From Candidatus Enterousia sp. (GTDB lineage Bacteria > Pseudomonadota > Alphaproteobacteria > Rs-D84): a DNA stretch of 64,000 bases. Shown here piece after piece: positions 47,355 through 55,848 of this stretch. The stretch spans positions 6,029-70,028 of the forward strand of contig JAZNVR010000030.1 of NCBI GenBank assembly GCA_045592905.1. The letters are read 5' to 3'. The position numbers and the translations under genes are program-made. Positions within the stretch are counted from its first letter, which is position 1. Every line of letters begins with the position of its first letter. Below the pieces are notes generated by a model. That model was not told the origin of the DNA, made no database searches, and worked only from the letters and a program-made list of their open reading frames with translations.

Positions 47355-48893
47355 ATGATTAAAGGCAACATGACTTTCGGTATAAAATATTTAACATCTG
47401 CATTTGGTTGTCTGGTTATATTGCTGTGCACAACAACGTCTGCGACATCTGCAATGGTTCAGGTTGAAAACAAATCTGCACAATTTGAAGTTGCAATAGA
47501 TGATGTCCAAGAAACAATTGGTTCCAACAGTGAAAGCGAACTGGCTGAAAAAATTCGCAAACAACGTGCTGCATTTAATGCCCAATCTGCCCTGACATCA
47601 TCCAAGGCAGCTGCGGCTGTTGTTAATACAGGCAATAATGAATGCGACAAAAAATTACGTTCATGTATGCAGTCAAAATGTGGCAAAGATTTTTCTAAAT
47701 GTGCGGGTGATACAGATACACTATGGGGTGATAAACTGGACTTATGTCGTATGGATATAAAGTGTACAGGCGAAGAATATCGCTTGTTTACCGCAGAAAT
47801 CAAGGCCGATCGTGATCAAAATGCGATGCTGTTGCACTATAATTCTATTATTGATTGTGGAAATCAATACAACGATTGCATAATAAAAGAATGTGGAAAA
47901 ACATTTACAAATTGCTTGGGCAAATCTGCGGGTGATGCAGCAATCCAAAAATGTTCAACAATTGCACGAAATTGTACAGAACAAGACAGTGGCATGTCAT
48001 CACGTGCAATGGAAACATTTGCAAACCTGCGTCAAGATGCGGAAAAAGCAATTGTACGTGACGAAAAACGTTTACATGAATTACGTGACACAATGCGTTC
48101 TGCATGCAATCGTCTGGGTGCGATGTTTGATGAACGAACACTGGACTGCGTATATTCTATTGAATTTCGTGCAGGTGGCGACAATACATTATACGCATCT
48201 AAAAAGGCATATGCCGGTTCAACATTTAACTGTGATCAAAACTGGTTTGGTGTTGATGTAACAACATTTATGGAAAATGCATTTCGTTTAACACGTGCCC
48301 AAACATCTGCATCATCTGCGGCATTGGGTTCTGGTGTTGGTATGGCGGCGGGTGCGATAACATCTGGTGCGATTGATCGTGCGGTTGATCGTGCCAAGGC
48401 CGAACGTGCACTGGGTTCAGAATTATGCGATTATACTGGTGGTAAATGGAACAAGGCATTTAATTCATGCAACTGTCCAAAGGGTGCAAAATTTGACAAG
48501 GAACAAGGATGCGTTGCCAAAGACGACGATTTTGGTGTAACAATGGGTAAAATACAGTCTAACGATAATGACGATTCTGATGACGAAGAAGAATTTGATA
48601 CAGATAACCTGTTATCTGAATTAAGTAATTTATCAGAAGACGAGTTAGCCAAATATAAAAACGACCCATACATACAAAAAATTGCCACAGAAAACGGCAT
48701 AGATTTAGAAAACCTGTCTCCTGATGATATATCAACATTACTAAGCAACGAAGAATTGGATTTAAGCGAAATAGATATGGAAGGACTACCTAAAATAGCC
48801 CAACGATATCTAAAAAATCGTGCAAAACGCGCAGCAAAGGGTAAATCTAATTTTATAGATAGAATAGTAGATAAAAAACTAGGTGGCGAATAA
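47355..48893 (+). CDS. Secreted Cys-rich protein (512 aa) with CGKxF units, a glycine-zipper, one C..G.W[ND]..CxC..C unit and an acidic Leu/Ser-rich tail
   Basis: Motifs CMQSKCGKDFSKC, CIIKECGKTFTNC, SAALGSGVGMAAGAITSGAI, LCDYTGGKWNKAFNSCNCPKGAKFDKEQGCV and the tail DDSDDEEEFDTDNLLSELSNLSEDEL.... There is a 10-nt gap to the upstream gene. Confidence 0.65.
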   Translation: MIKGNMTFGIKYLTSAFGCLVILLCTTTSATSAMVQVENKSAQFEVAIDDVQETIGSNSESELAEKIRKQRAAFNAQSALTSSKAAAAVVNTGNNECDKKLRSCMQSKCGKDFSKCAGDTDTLWGDKLDLCRMDIKCTGEEYRLFTAEIKADRDQNAMLLHYNSIIDCGNQYNDCIIKECGKTFTNCLGKSAGDAAIQKCSTIARNCTEQDSGMSSRAMETFANLRQDAEKAIVRDEKRLHELRDTMRSACNRLGAMFDERTLDCVYSIEFRAGGDNTLYASKKAYAGSTFNCDQNWFGVDVTTFMENAFRLTRAQTSASSAALGSGVGMAAGAITSGAIDRAVDRAKAERALGSELCDYTGGKWNKAFNSCNCPKGAKFDKEQGCVAKDDDFGVTMGKIQSNDNDDSDDEEEFDTDNLLSELSNLSEDELAKYKNDPYIQKIATENGIDLENLSPDDISTLLSNEELDLSEIDMEGLPKIAQRYLKNRAKRAAKGKSNFIDRIVDKKLGGE

Positions 48894-48906
48894 GCAGGCA
48901 TCAATC

Positions 48907-51642
48907 ATGAAAAAATTTTTATTATATTTTTTAACAATCACAGCAACCACCCTGCCCACATTTGGTGCCACTGATTCTAGGAACAACGAATTTTTATTTT
49001 CTGTCAAGGCAAAACTTACAGGCTATACTGACATGGCTCCTGGGGCAAAACCTCAGGCAAAAATAACTTCACCATCCGATTGTAAATTTCTTACTTACAG
49101 CAAAAACATAAAAGATAACTCAAACCCTCAAATTTCTACCACTATAACAGACACGTTTGACACATCTGTTACATGTCCGACAGGCACAAGCAGCATTACA
49201 CTAGAGTTTATATCAAACAAAACACCTGTTGGTTCACCTAAATACAATATCCAAAATCCGACACATACAATAGAATTAAAACCAAACAAAAAGAATTATA
49301 AATTACCAGATATCGTATTGGAACAAACGAACAAACCAACATCCACTTCAGATGACAAAAAAACAACATCAGTAATTGCACGAGGCACAACAAATAACAC
49401 ATCTGCAGACAACAGCCCCAGTTTTGCATCACAAAGTGCTGCAATAAATGCAAGCAACGATACCAGTTTACGTGCAAATTCAACACCTGAACAGACACCC
49501 GCAAAATCAGAACGTCAACAGGCCGTTGAACAAAATATGAAAAAATCATTAACGGTTCAGAATACGCAAAAGGCACCAAACGTAAAGTTAGATGATCCAA
49601 AACTGTCTGAATCAAATCCATTGGCAGAAACCACAAAAAAACAAAACGAAAAAGCAGCGGCTGATTTAGAAAATAATTTTGACTTTGCATCTGCCAGTGC
49701 AGGCACAAACAATGAAACCATTGCTCGCAGTGGCTTGGGTGCAACACCAACGGAACAGACACCTGAAAAATCAGAACGCCAACAGGCCATTGAACAAAAT
49801 ATGAAAAAATCGCTGACTGTAACACAAAAATCATCTGTACAAAAGACAGGAATCAGTCAATCACCAGCAGAAAAAGAACGTCTGGTAAGAACAGCACTTA
49901 CAAAATTCTGTGATGATGCTGGATTCGTGTATAAAAAGAATGGTACAGAAACTGCATCTTTGGGCGAAATTGATGCTACATGCAACGAAAATTCTGCAAG
50001 TCAAATTTATTTCTACTGCTATAAATACAAAAATTTAACAATACCAGAAAATGAAATCCGAACACATCTTGCATATTATTGTTTTACAAATAAAACAACT
50101 CCTGTAAATCCAAAACAAAAGCAACGTCCATCTGACCATTATGACAAGAAAAAAGCAGATCGTGCAGCCAAACAAGAAGAAAATAAAGTCGGCAAACGTT
50201 GCGAAATTGAAAACGCAACATCTGCAAAATACGTCAAAAAACCGTCTGGAAAAATTGTTTGTGAACCAGATGACTGTATTTGCGGATATGAAATTGTTGA
50301 AAAGAATTTCCAATATTCATGCCAAAAATGGCGTCAAAATAACCCAAGTTGCTATATGCACGAAAGTATGCCTGACAACGCAACCAAGGCACACTATGAA
50401 TGCAACAAAAACAACAAAAAAATATGCGTTGTTGACGAATGCAATTACAAGACACATTATCTGAACAAAGAAAAAAATAAATGTATCGCAAAAAGTACTG
50501 TAAAATGTGCCAATGATGAAATTGTTAATAACGTTGGTCAATGCCAGAAAAACCCAACCGATTTGGCAAAACCAAACGACCCCAGCAAGCAAGAAATGTC
50601 ACAGGCAGACATAGAACGGGACAATTGTGTCAGAAATCAACAGAAAAACCATACAAAGTATGAAAACAATAAATGCGTTTGCGAAAGTGCAGATTACGAA
50701 ATGCAAGACGATGGTGTTTGTACATTAAAACGTGCAAAATGTCTTGAAAAAGATCATACCAAATATGTCAAGGGTCGCTGTGTCTGCGAAAGCGACAAAT
50801 ATGAAATGCACTCCGATAACAATTGTTATATGACACGTGCTGCACTGGATGCCGAAGCATCAGAAATGGAAGATGCCGACAATGCAGCAAAAGACGAACA
50901 GTTGTTCTTGGAAACACGCCAAAAAGCATGTGCAACAGATAATCTGGGCGAATGGGATGAGAAAACAGGCAAGTGTAAATGTAAAACAGGATATAAACTG
51001 GGTGATGATTATGCATGTCATGCAACAAACAAAACTGTGACACAAGAAACATTACAGGCACTGTGTTCTAATACAAATGGCGATTGGGACAAAAACAAGT
51101 GTAAATGTAAAAACGAAACACATACTTTTGATAAAGAAAAAGGATGTATACCGGATGACAAAAAGGTTAAACGTGCAGAAAAGCAACAAGAAAAAGAAAT
51201 TGCATCATTAAATGCAGACAGGGACAATGCTGAAAGAAAGGCTTTTTGTGATAATACTGGCGGTGACTGGAACGAAAAAACAAATAAATGCAAGTGCAAG
51301 AAAGGTTTTGAACTGGTTGATGACGGTTGCGAAGAAACAGAAAAATCACAAACAAACACCAAGAAAAAAGAACTGTGCGAAAAAAATGGCAACTGGAACG
51401 ACGCATTAAATACATGCAATTGTAAAGGAAAAGATTTCTTTGATGATGACGAAGGATGTGTTTCAGAATCATCAGAATTCTTGTCTTTACAAAACACATT
51501 TAATACGATGAAGGAACAATTAACACAAAGAATTACCGAAATTGATGCAGAACTGGCCGCAGCAGAGGAATCAGATGCTGAATCAGACGCTGAATCAGAT
51601 GCTGAATCAGATGCAGAAACCGAAACAGAACAACAGTCATAA
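48907..51642 (+). CDS. Secreted mosaic protein (911 aa): Thr/Ser/Asn-rich region, an 88-aa internal duplication, many Cys units including four C..G.W[ND]..CxC..C units, and an acidic (ESDA)n tail
   Basis: The ATG at 48907 gives the signal peptide MKKFLLYFLTITATTLPTFGA. Motifs: KSERQQA(V/I)EQNMKKSLTV x2, HTKY..xxCVCES..YEM x2, ACATDNLGEWDEKTGKCKCKTGYKLGDDYAC, LCSNTNGDWDKNKCKC..., FCDNTGGDWNEKTNKCKC... and LCEKNGNWNDALNTCNC.... Confidence 0.65.
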   Translation: MKKFLLYFLTITATTLPTFGATDSRNNEFLFSVKAKLTGYTDMAPGAKPQAKITSPSDCKFLTYSKNIKDNSNPQISTTITDTFDTSVTCPTGTSSITLEFISNKTPVGSPKYNIQNPTHTIELKPNKKNYKLPDIVLEQTNKPTSTSDDKKTTSVIARGTTNNTSADNSPSFASQSAAINASNDTSLRANSTPEQTPAKSERQQAVEQNMKKSLTVQNTQKAPNVKLDDPKLSESNPLAETTKKQNEKAAADLENNFDFASASAGTNNETIARSGLGATPTEQTPEKSERQQAIEQNMKKSLTVTQKSSVQKTGISQSPAEKERLVRTALTKFCDDAGFVYKKNGTETASLGEIDATCNENSASQIYFYCYKYKNLTIPENEIRTHLAYYCFTNKTTPVNPKQKQRPSDHYDKKKADRAAKQEENKVGKRCEIENATSAKYVKKPSGKIVCEPDDCICGYEIVEKNFQYSCQKWRQNNPSCYMHESMPDNATKAHYECNKNNKKICVVDECNYKTHYLNKEKNKCIAKSTVKCANDEIVNNVGQCQKNPTDLAKPNDPSKQEMSQADIERDNCVRNQQKNHTKYENNKCVCESADYEMQDDGVCTLKRAKCLEKDHTKYVKGRCVCESDKYEMHSDNNCYMTRAALDAEASEMEDADNAAKDEQLFLETRQKACATDNLGEWDEKTGKCKCKTGYKLGDDYACHATNKTVTQETLQALCSNTNGDWDKNKCKCKNETHTFDKEKGCIPDDKKVKRAEKQQEKEIASLNADRDNAERKAFCDNTGGDWNEKTNKCKCKKGFELVDDGCEETEKSQTNTKKKELCEKNGNWNDALNTCNCKGKDFFDDDEGCVSESSEFLSLQNTFNTMKEQLTQRITEIDAELAAAEESDAESDAESDAESDAETETEQQS
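49489..49830 (+). repeat. In-frame duplication at a 264-bp (88-aa) offset
   Basis: The block gaacagacac...tcagaacg(t/c)caacaggcc(g/a)ttgaacaaaatatgaaaaaatc starts at 49489 and again at 49753. Confidence 0.8.
51568..51615 (+). repeat. 12-bp tandem repeat x4 (gaatcaga(t/c)gc(t/a)) encoding ESDAESDAESDAESDA
   Basis: Read directly from the sequence. Units start at 51568, 51580, 51592 and 51604. Confidence 0.9.
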
Positions 51643-51648
51643 AAAACA

Positions 51649-53790
51649 ATGAAAAAATTATTTTTATCATCTTTGCTAGTTATATTATCAATACCTGCCA
51701 TCGCAGCAGATGCCCCAGGATTGGCGGCACGACCTGTGCCCACACTAACTGTTGGGCCATCTGCCATGGATACACCAGTAAATCTAAATCTGAAACCAGG
51801 CAGTCCTTTTGCATCTGCAAAAACACCAGATGAAGCATGGCAAATATTTGAATCAGAAACACAAAAAATACTGGATAAAGTAAAAAATAAACTGAGACAT
51901 TCTGAATATAAAAAGTTATCCGCATTACGTGACGAAATGCTGGCCGAAAAGCTAAGTGCAACTGAACTGAATAAAAAAACAACGACAGAAAAGACAAAGA
52001 AAGAAAAAACAAAGAAAGAAAAGAAAGATAAAGACAGCAAAAACGATACCGAAGAAGACGCAAGCAAGGTTGTTACACAACGTAAATTATCCAAAGAAGA
52101 ACAAGAAAAGAAAATTTCTGAATTACGTGACAACGCAACCGCAATGAAAGAAAAAGAACAATCGTTGGCAAACAGAACATTGGGTGCTGCTGCGATTGGT
52201 GCGACTGGGATTGGCGGAATGCAGTTGGCATCTGCAATGTCTGAACAACAGGCAGACGCTGATGCGGAACAAGCCATGCGTGCATATCTGGCAACATTTA
52301 CATGTAATTATGCCGACGGCAAATATTTCAAGGGTGGCGAAAAAGACATTGAATTACCAGGCAGTGCAGAATTGATAAACCTGTACAGCGAATATGTTAC
52401 ATTGGCAAATGATTTGAAAACCCGCAAAACAGCATTGGGAATAAAACCAGGTATTGAATCAGAAAGTATTCTGGACGGTGCCACATCTGGTCTGTATGAC
52501 GATGTTGGTATGGGCAAAACAACTGGTGCATATGCATCATTGGCACGTGCATTACAAAATCCAGATGGCGAAGATGCCAAAATGTGGGCTGCACAAAAAG
52601 AAGAAACGGCAAAAAAACTAAAAACAGGTGCAATTACGGCTGGTGTCGGTGCAGTGGGTGGTCTGATTGGAAATATTGCCATTAACGCCAGGGCCCCAAA
52701 AGAACGCTCGGCTGAAATAAATGCAAAATACGAAAAACTGAAAAAAGAAATTGTAATAATACAAAAAAAGATTAATCGTCTGCCAAAACCAAAATGCGAA
52801 GATTTTAATGCAACAGGTGTATGGGATGACTGTAAATGTAACGAAGCAAATCATATTTTCTCAAACAGTCGTTGCGTAGATTGTGGTCAAGGATACAAAG
52901 CCATCGGGAACGAATGTGTTCTAAAAGAATGTGAATTAACCGGTGATGTTGTTACAGGTCTATATGATTGCGAATGTCACCCAGATGCAGAACAGCAAGG
53001 AAATGACTGTGTATGCAAACTGACTGGTATGAAAAAAGAAAATTATTGTGAATGCGTTGATAACGCAACTAAAAATGCACAAGACGTATGTGAATGCAAT
53101 GACGGTTACGAAGAATCAGATGGAAAATGCGTTCCAAGGGCACAATGTCAATTAAGCGATACATTGGCAGATATAGAACAATGTCAATGCGTGGAAAATG
53201 CAAATGATGATGATAATGACAGTCTTTGCGAATGCAATGACGGCTATGAAGAATCAGATGGAAAATGCGTTGAAATCGTTGCCGAAAATCCAAAACCAAT
53301 CGTAATCAATGTGCCTGCGGATACATTCTTTAACAGTGGGGATTATACAATATCCGATGAAAACAAACAACAATTGATTGCTGATATTATGGATACAATC
53401 AAAGCACAGGCACCAAATGAAGATGCAGCAACACTGTTATCGTCATCATGCATAACAATAACCGGATACGCAGACAGATCTGGGGCACACTTAAAAAACG
53501 AAAGATCAAACCAAAGATTGTCCGAAAGACGTGCACAAACGGTCGCAGACATCTTGAAACAAAAAGCCAAGGATGAATTACAAGACGGTGTTAATCTGCG
53601 TGTATCGGGTCGTGGCCATACAGATTGTACCGAGGCACAATATCCAACACCAACAGATTATGCAAAGTGCCGTCGTGTGGATATTTCTATAAATTCTGGA
53701 ACATGTAATGGGTCAACCCCAGATTCAGGGCAAACATTACAAAATGTAATAGATGGTGTTGCGTCTGTAATAAACAGACCACAACAATAA
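51649..53790 (+). CDS. Secreted/anchored protein (713 aa) with a Lys-rich coiled coil, two glycine-zipper segments, EGF-like Cys units and a C-terminal OmpA-like peptidoglycan-binding domain
   Basis: Signal peptide MKKLFLSSLLVILSIPAIAA. Glycine-zippers TLGAAAIGATGIGGMQLASAM and GAITAGVGAVGGLIGNIAI. Cys units CEDFNATGVWDDCKCNEANHIFSNSRC and CECNDGYEESDGKCV x2 (138-bp offset). OmpA_C-like ITGYADRSG...NQRLSERRAQTVADIL...CRRVDISI. Confidence 0.75.
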   Translation: MKKLFLSSLLVILSIPAIAADAPGLAARPVPTLTVGPSAMDTPVNLNLKPGSPFASAKTPDEAWQIFESETQKILDKVKNKLRHSEYKKLSALRDEMLAEKLSATELNKKTTTEKTKKEKTKKEKKDKDSKNDTEEDASKVVTQRKLSKEEQEKKISELRDNATAMKEKEQSLANRTLGAAAIGATGIGGMQLASAMSEQQADADAEQAMRAYLATFTCNYADGKYFKGGEKDIELPGSAELINLYSEYVTLANDLKTRKTALGIKPGIESESILDGATSGLYDDVGMGKTTGAYASLARALQNPDGEDAKMWAAQKEETAKKLKTGAITAGVGAVGGLIGNIAINARAPKERSAEINAKYEKLKKEIVIIQKKINRLPKPKCEDFNATGVWDDCKCNEANHIFSNSRCVDCGQGYKAIGNECVLKECELTGDVVTGLYDCECHPDAEQQGNDCVCKLTGMKKENYCECVDNATKNAQDVCECNDGYEESDGKCVPRAQCQLSDTLADIEQCQCVENANDDDNDSLCECNDGYEESDGKCVEIVAENPKPIVINVPADTFFNSGDYTISDENKQQLIADIMDTIKAQAPNEDAATLLSSSCITITGYADRSGAHLKNERSNQRLSERRAQTVADILKQKAKDELQDGVNLRVSGRGHTDCTEAQYPTPTDYAKCRRVDISINSGTCNGSTPDSGQTLQNVIDGVASVINRPQQ

Positions 53791-53794
53791 AAAT

Positions 53795-53821
53795 AGTCCG
53801 CCAAATGGCGGATTTATTTTT
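53795..53821 (+). terminator. Intrinsic terminator ending the four-gene operon
   Basis: Stem tccgcc-aaat-ggcgga followed by tttatttt. Confidence 0.65.
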
Positions 53822-53842
53822 GCCCTGCTCTTTTTTTAGGAC

Positions 53843-53876
53843 AAAAAAAAATCCCCTTGATTGGGGACTTTTTTAT
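53843..53876 (-). terminator. Intrinsic terminator for the FKBP gene (tcccc/gggga type)
   Basis: The sequence aaaaaaaaa-tcccc-ttgatt-gggga-cttttttatttt. Confidence 0.65.
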
Positions 53877-54202
53877 TTTTCCAAGATATCAACTATCTTT
53901 ACCTTAAACACTACTGGTTTACCAGCCAAACCTTCTACGTATTGTTCTGGGAATGTGATATTAATATCACGTTCTTCGCCTTCTGCCATACCAACCAACT
54001 GTTCTTCAAACCCAGGTACAAATGCACCACTGCCCAATTCCAATGGATAATTTTCTGCAGTACCACCAGGAAACTGAACACCATCTAAGAAACCAGCAAA
54101 ATTAATAACAACCGTATCACCATTTTTTGCAGTTGTTGTTCCATCACATCCAGCCAATCCAACCATTGCTAACACCCCCATAATTGATACTACTTTTTTC
54201 AT
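53873..54202 (-). CDS. FKBP-type peptidyl-prolyl isomerase lipoprotein, resembling the trigger-factor PPIase domain
   Basis: The ATG at 54202 (RBS AAGGGGA) gives [19 protein letters not shown] (lipobox). [50 protein letters not shown]... is collinear with the trigger factor/FKBP PPIase core. Confidence 0.7.
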   Translation of the reverse strand: MKKVVSIMGVLAMVGLAGCDGTTTAKNGDTVVINFAGFLDGVQFPGGTAENYPLELGSGAFVPGFEEQLVGMAEGEERDINITFPEQYVEGLAGKPVVFKVKIVDILEK

Positions 54203-54221
54203 ATTTTTCCCCTTGGTTAAT

Positions 54222-54782
54222 TTAATTATTGTAAACACATCTAAAGCCATATTCACGCATTGTTGCACCTTCGGCTTCTATTTTATAATCAAAATACGGT
54301 GTTGGACGCATAACATCAAACGCAGGTTTGTCATATACCATAACAATACTATCTGCATTACGGCCACAAACACGTTTCATTTCAAAATCTGCAACATTTG
54401 CCAACACTGAACGAATATCACCATCAATATCCATACCATCTGCGTTTTGCATTAAACGTAATCTCATTTCTCTCATATCTGTATTACCCAGCAAGATTTC
54501 AACACGAACCATTGTACCCTTGTACTCTTGCCAGCGAGTTTCCTTTCTGGCTGTATTCCAACGGTTGCTGGTCTGTTCTTTTTCTGCGGCTGTTTTCGGC
54601 TTAAACGAATCAATATTAGAATACTGATTATCAGCCTGCATAAAACCACTGGTACGTTCGTTATACAGCGGTGCATCTGGTCCACCCTGTTCAAAATCAG
54701 TTTCATTGTACGGCATACTGCCAGATGTACACCCAGACAACGCAATTGCACCCAAGAATAAAAACAATAATGATTTTTTCAT
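54222..54782 (-). CDS. Lipoprotein (186 aa), function unknown, divergent from virB11
   Basis: [18 protein letters not shown] (lipobox). RBS AAGAGAGA. Confidence 0.55.
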   Translation of the reverse strand: MKKSLLFLFLGAIALSGCTSGSMPYNETDFEQGGPDAPLYNERTSGFMQADNQYSNIDSFKPKTAAEKEQTSNRWNTARKETRWQEYKGTMVRVEILLGNTDMREMRLRLMQNADGMDIDGDIRSVLANVADFEMKRVCGRNADSIVMVYDKPAFDVMRPTPYFDYKIEAEGATMREYGFRCVYNN

Positions 54783-54863
54783 AATATTTCTCTCTTACTT
54801 TTTTTTAATTTTATCAAATAAACAGTTTTGATTCAAGTCAGGATTTATGATAAAATTAAATTG

Positions 54864-55823
54864 ATGTCAAATGTTGTATTAGAATCTTTATTAAAACCAT
54901 TAGAAGAATTCTACAAACCATCGTTCGTAGAAGAAATCGCAATTAACCATGCTGGCGAAGTATGGATGCGATTGCATGGTGCACGTGTTCCATGGGTGTC
55001 ATACCAGTCAGATGTGTTAACAAAACAATATCTGATTGATTTAATACATACTGTTGCAAATATTTATGAACGGCCATTTGATCCAATACATGGAATGCCT
55101 GTTGTTTATGCAACACTGCCTGGCAACCATCGTTTTACTGCAATTGCAGGCCCAAATGTTCAATATGATGAACATGATGTAACCGGTGGTGTGGCATTAA
55201 ATATTCGTGGTGGCGGTGCACACGAAACCAGTTTTGAAAATTATCACTTAAGTCGTGGAAAAAAACTATTAACAGTAAAATCACGACAAACTGTTCGGCC
55301 AGATGACCCATATGACCGACTGATGTCCGCAATAAATGACGGCAGCCCAATATTAATCAGTGGTGCAACATCAACAGGAAAAACAACTTTTCTGAATCAT
55401 ATGTTAACATTAATTGATAAAAACAGTCGTGTTATTACTGTTGAAGATGCACGTGAAATTCGTGTTCCCCAGGCGAATCGGGTACACTTTGTTTTATCAC
55501 GTACAGAACAAACAAATGACTTTAATTATGCCCGACTGCTGGATTTAGTTGTGCGTATGACCCCAGATGTAATTATTGGTGGTGAAATTTCAACTGACAA
55601 CGCATCTGTACTATGGGAAATGTTGGGTACAGGACACGATCATTTCTATACAACAATTCATGCAGAAAGTGCAGAAGCCGCATATGCAGCATTCGCAGAC
55701 AGAATTTTACATACACAGCCGGCATATGACCGCACAGATTTAATTGCTGAAATGAAAAAGAAAATTCGTGTTGTACAATTATCACGTGATGGTTCACTGC
55801 GTGCCGTTACCGAAGTCGTATAA
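54864..55823 (+). CDS. virB11: VirB11/TrbB-family type IV secretion ATPase (orphan in this window)
   Basis: LLKPLEEFYKPSFVEEIAINHAGEVWM... matches the VirB11 N-terminus. Walker A GATSTGKTT, Asp box ITVEDAREI, Walker B DVIIGGEI and His box TTIHAES are present. ATG at 54864. Confidence 0.8.
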   Translation: MSNVVLESLLKPLEEFYKPSFVEEIAINHAGEVWMRLHGARVPWVSYQSDVLTKQYLIDLIHTVANIYERPFDPIHGMPVVYATLPGNHRFTAIAGPNVQYDEHDVTGGVALNIRGGGAHETSFENYHLSRGKKLLTVKSRQTVRPDDPYDRLMSAINDGSPILISGATSTGKTTFLNHMLTLIDKNSRVITVEDAREIRVPQANRVHFVLSRTEQTNDFNYARLLDLVVRMTPDVIIGGEISTDNASVLWEMLGTGHDHFYTTIHAESAEAAYAAFADRILHTQPAYDRTDLIAEMKKKIRVVQLSRDGSLRAVTEVV

Positions 55824-55848
55824 AAATCCCCAAAACGGGGATTTTTTA
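55822..55848. terminator. Bidirectional intrinsic terminator (tcccc/gggga type)
   Basis: The sequence aaaaa-tcccc-aaaac-gggga-tttttt. Confidence 0.75.

Noticed and set aside
51018-52277. 419-aa ORF on the minus strand spanning the end of the 911-aa gene and the start of the OmpA-like gene
   Set aside because: It is antisense to two well-supported sense genes and crosses their intergenic gap. The product is Ser/Phe/Cys low-complexity typical of the reverse frame of Lys/Glu-rich coding sequence, and it has no RBS.
29507-53790. Interpreting the Cys-rich locus as a recently acquired mobile genomic island or prophage
   Set aside because: There is no integrase, transposase, phage gene or flanking direct repeat in the window. 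Composition, RBS and terminator style match the core genes, and infA sits inside. It looks like a native expanded gene family rather than mobile DNA.
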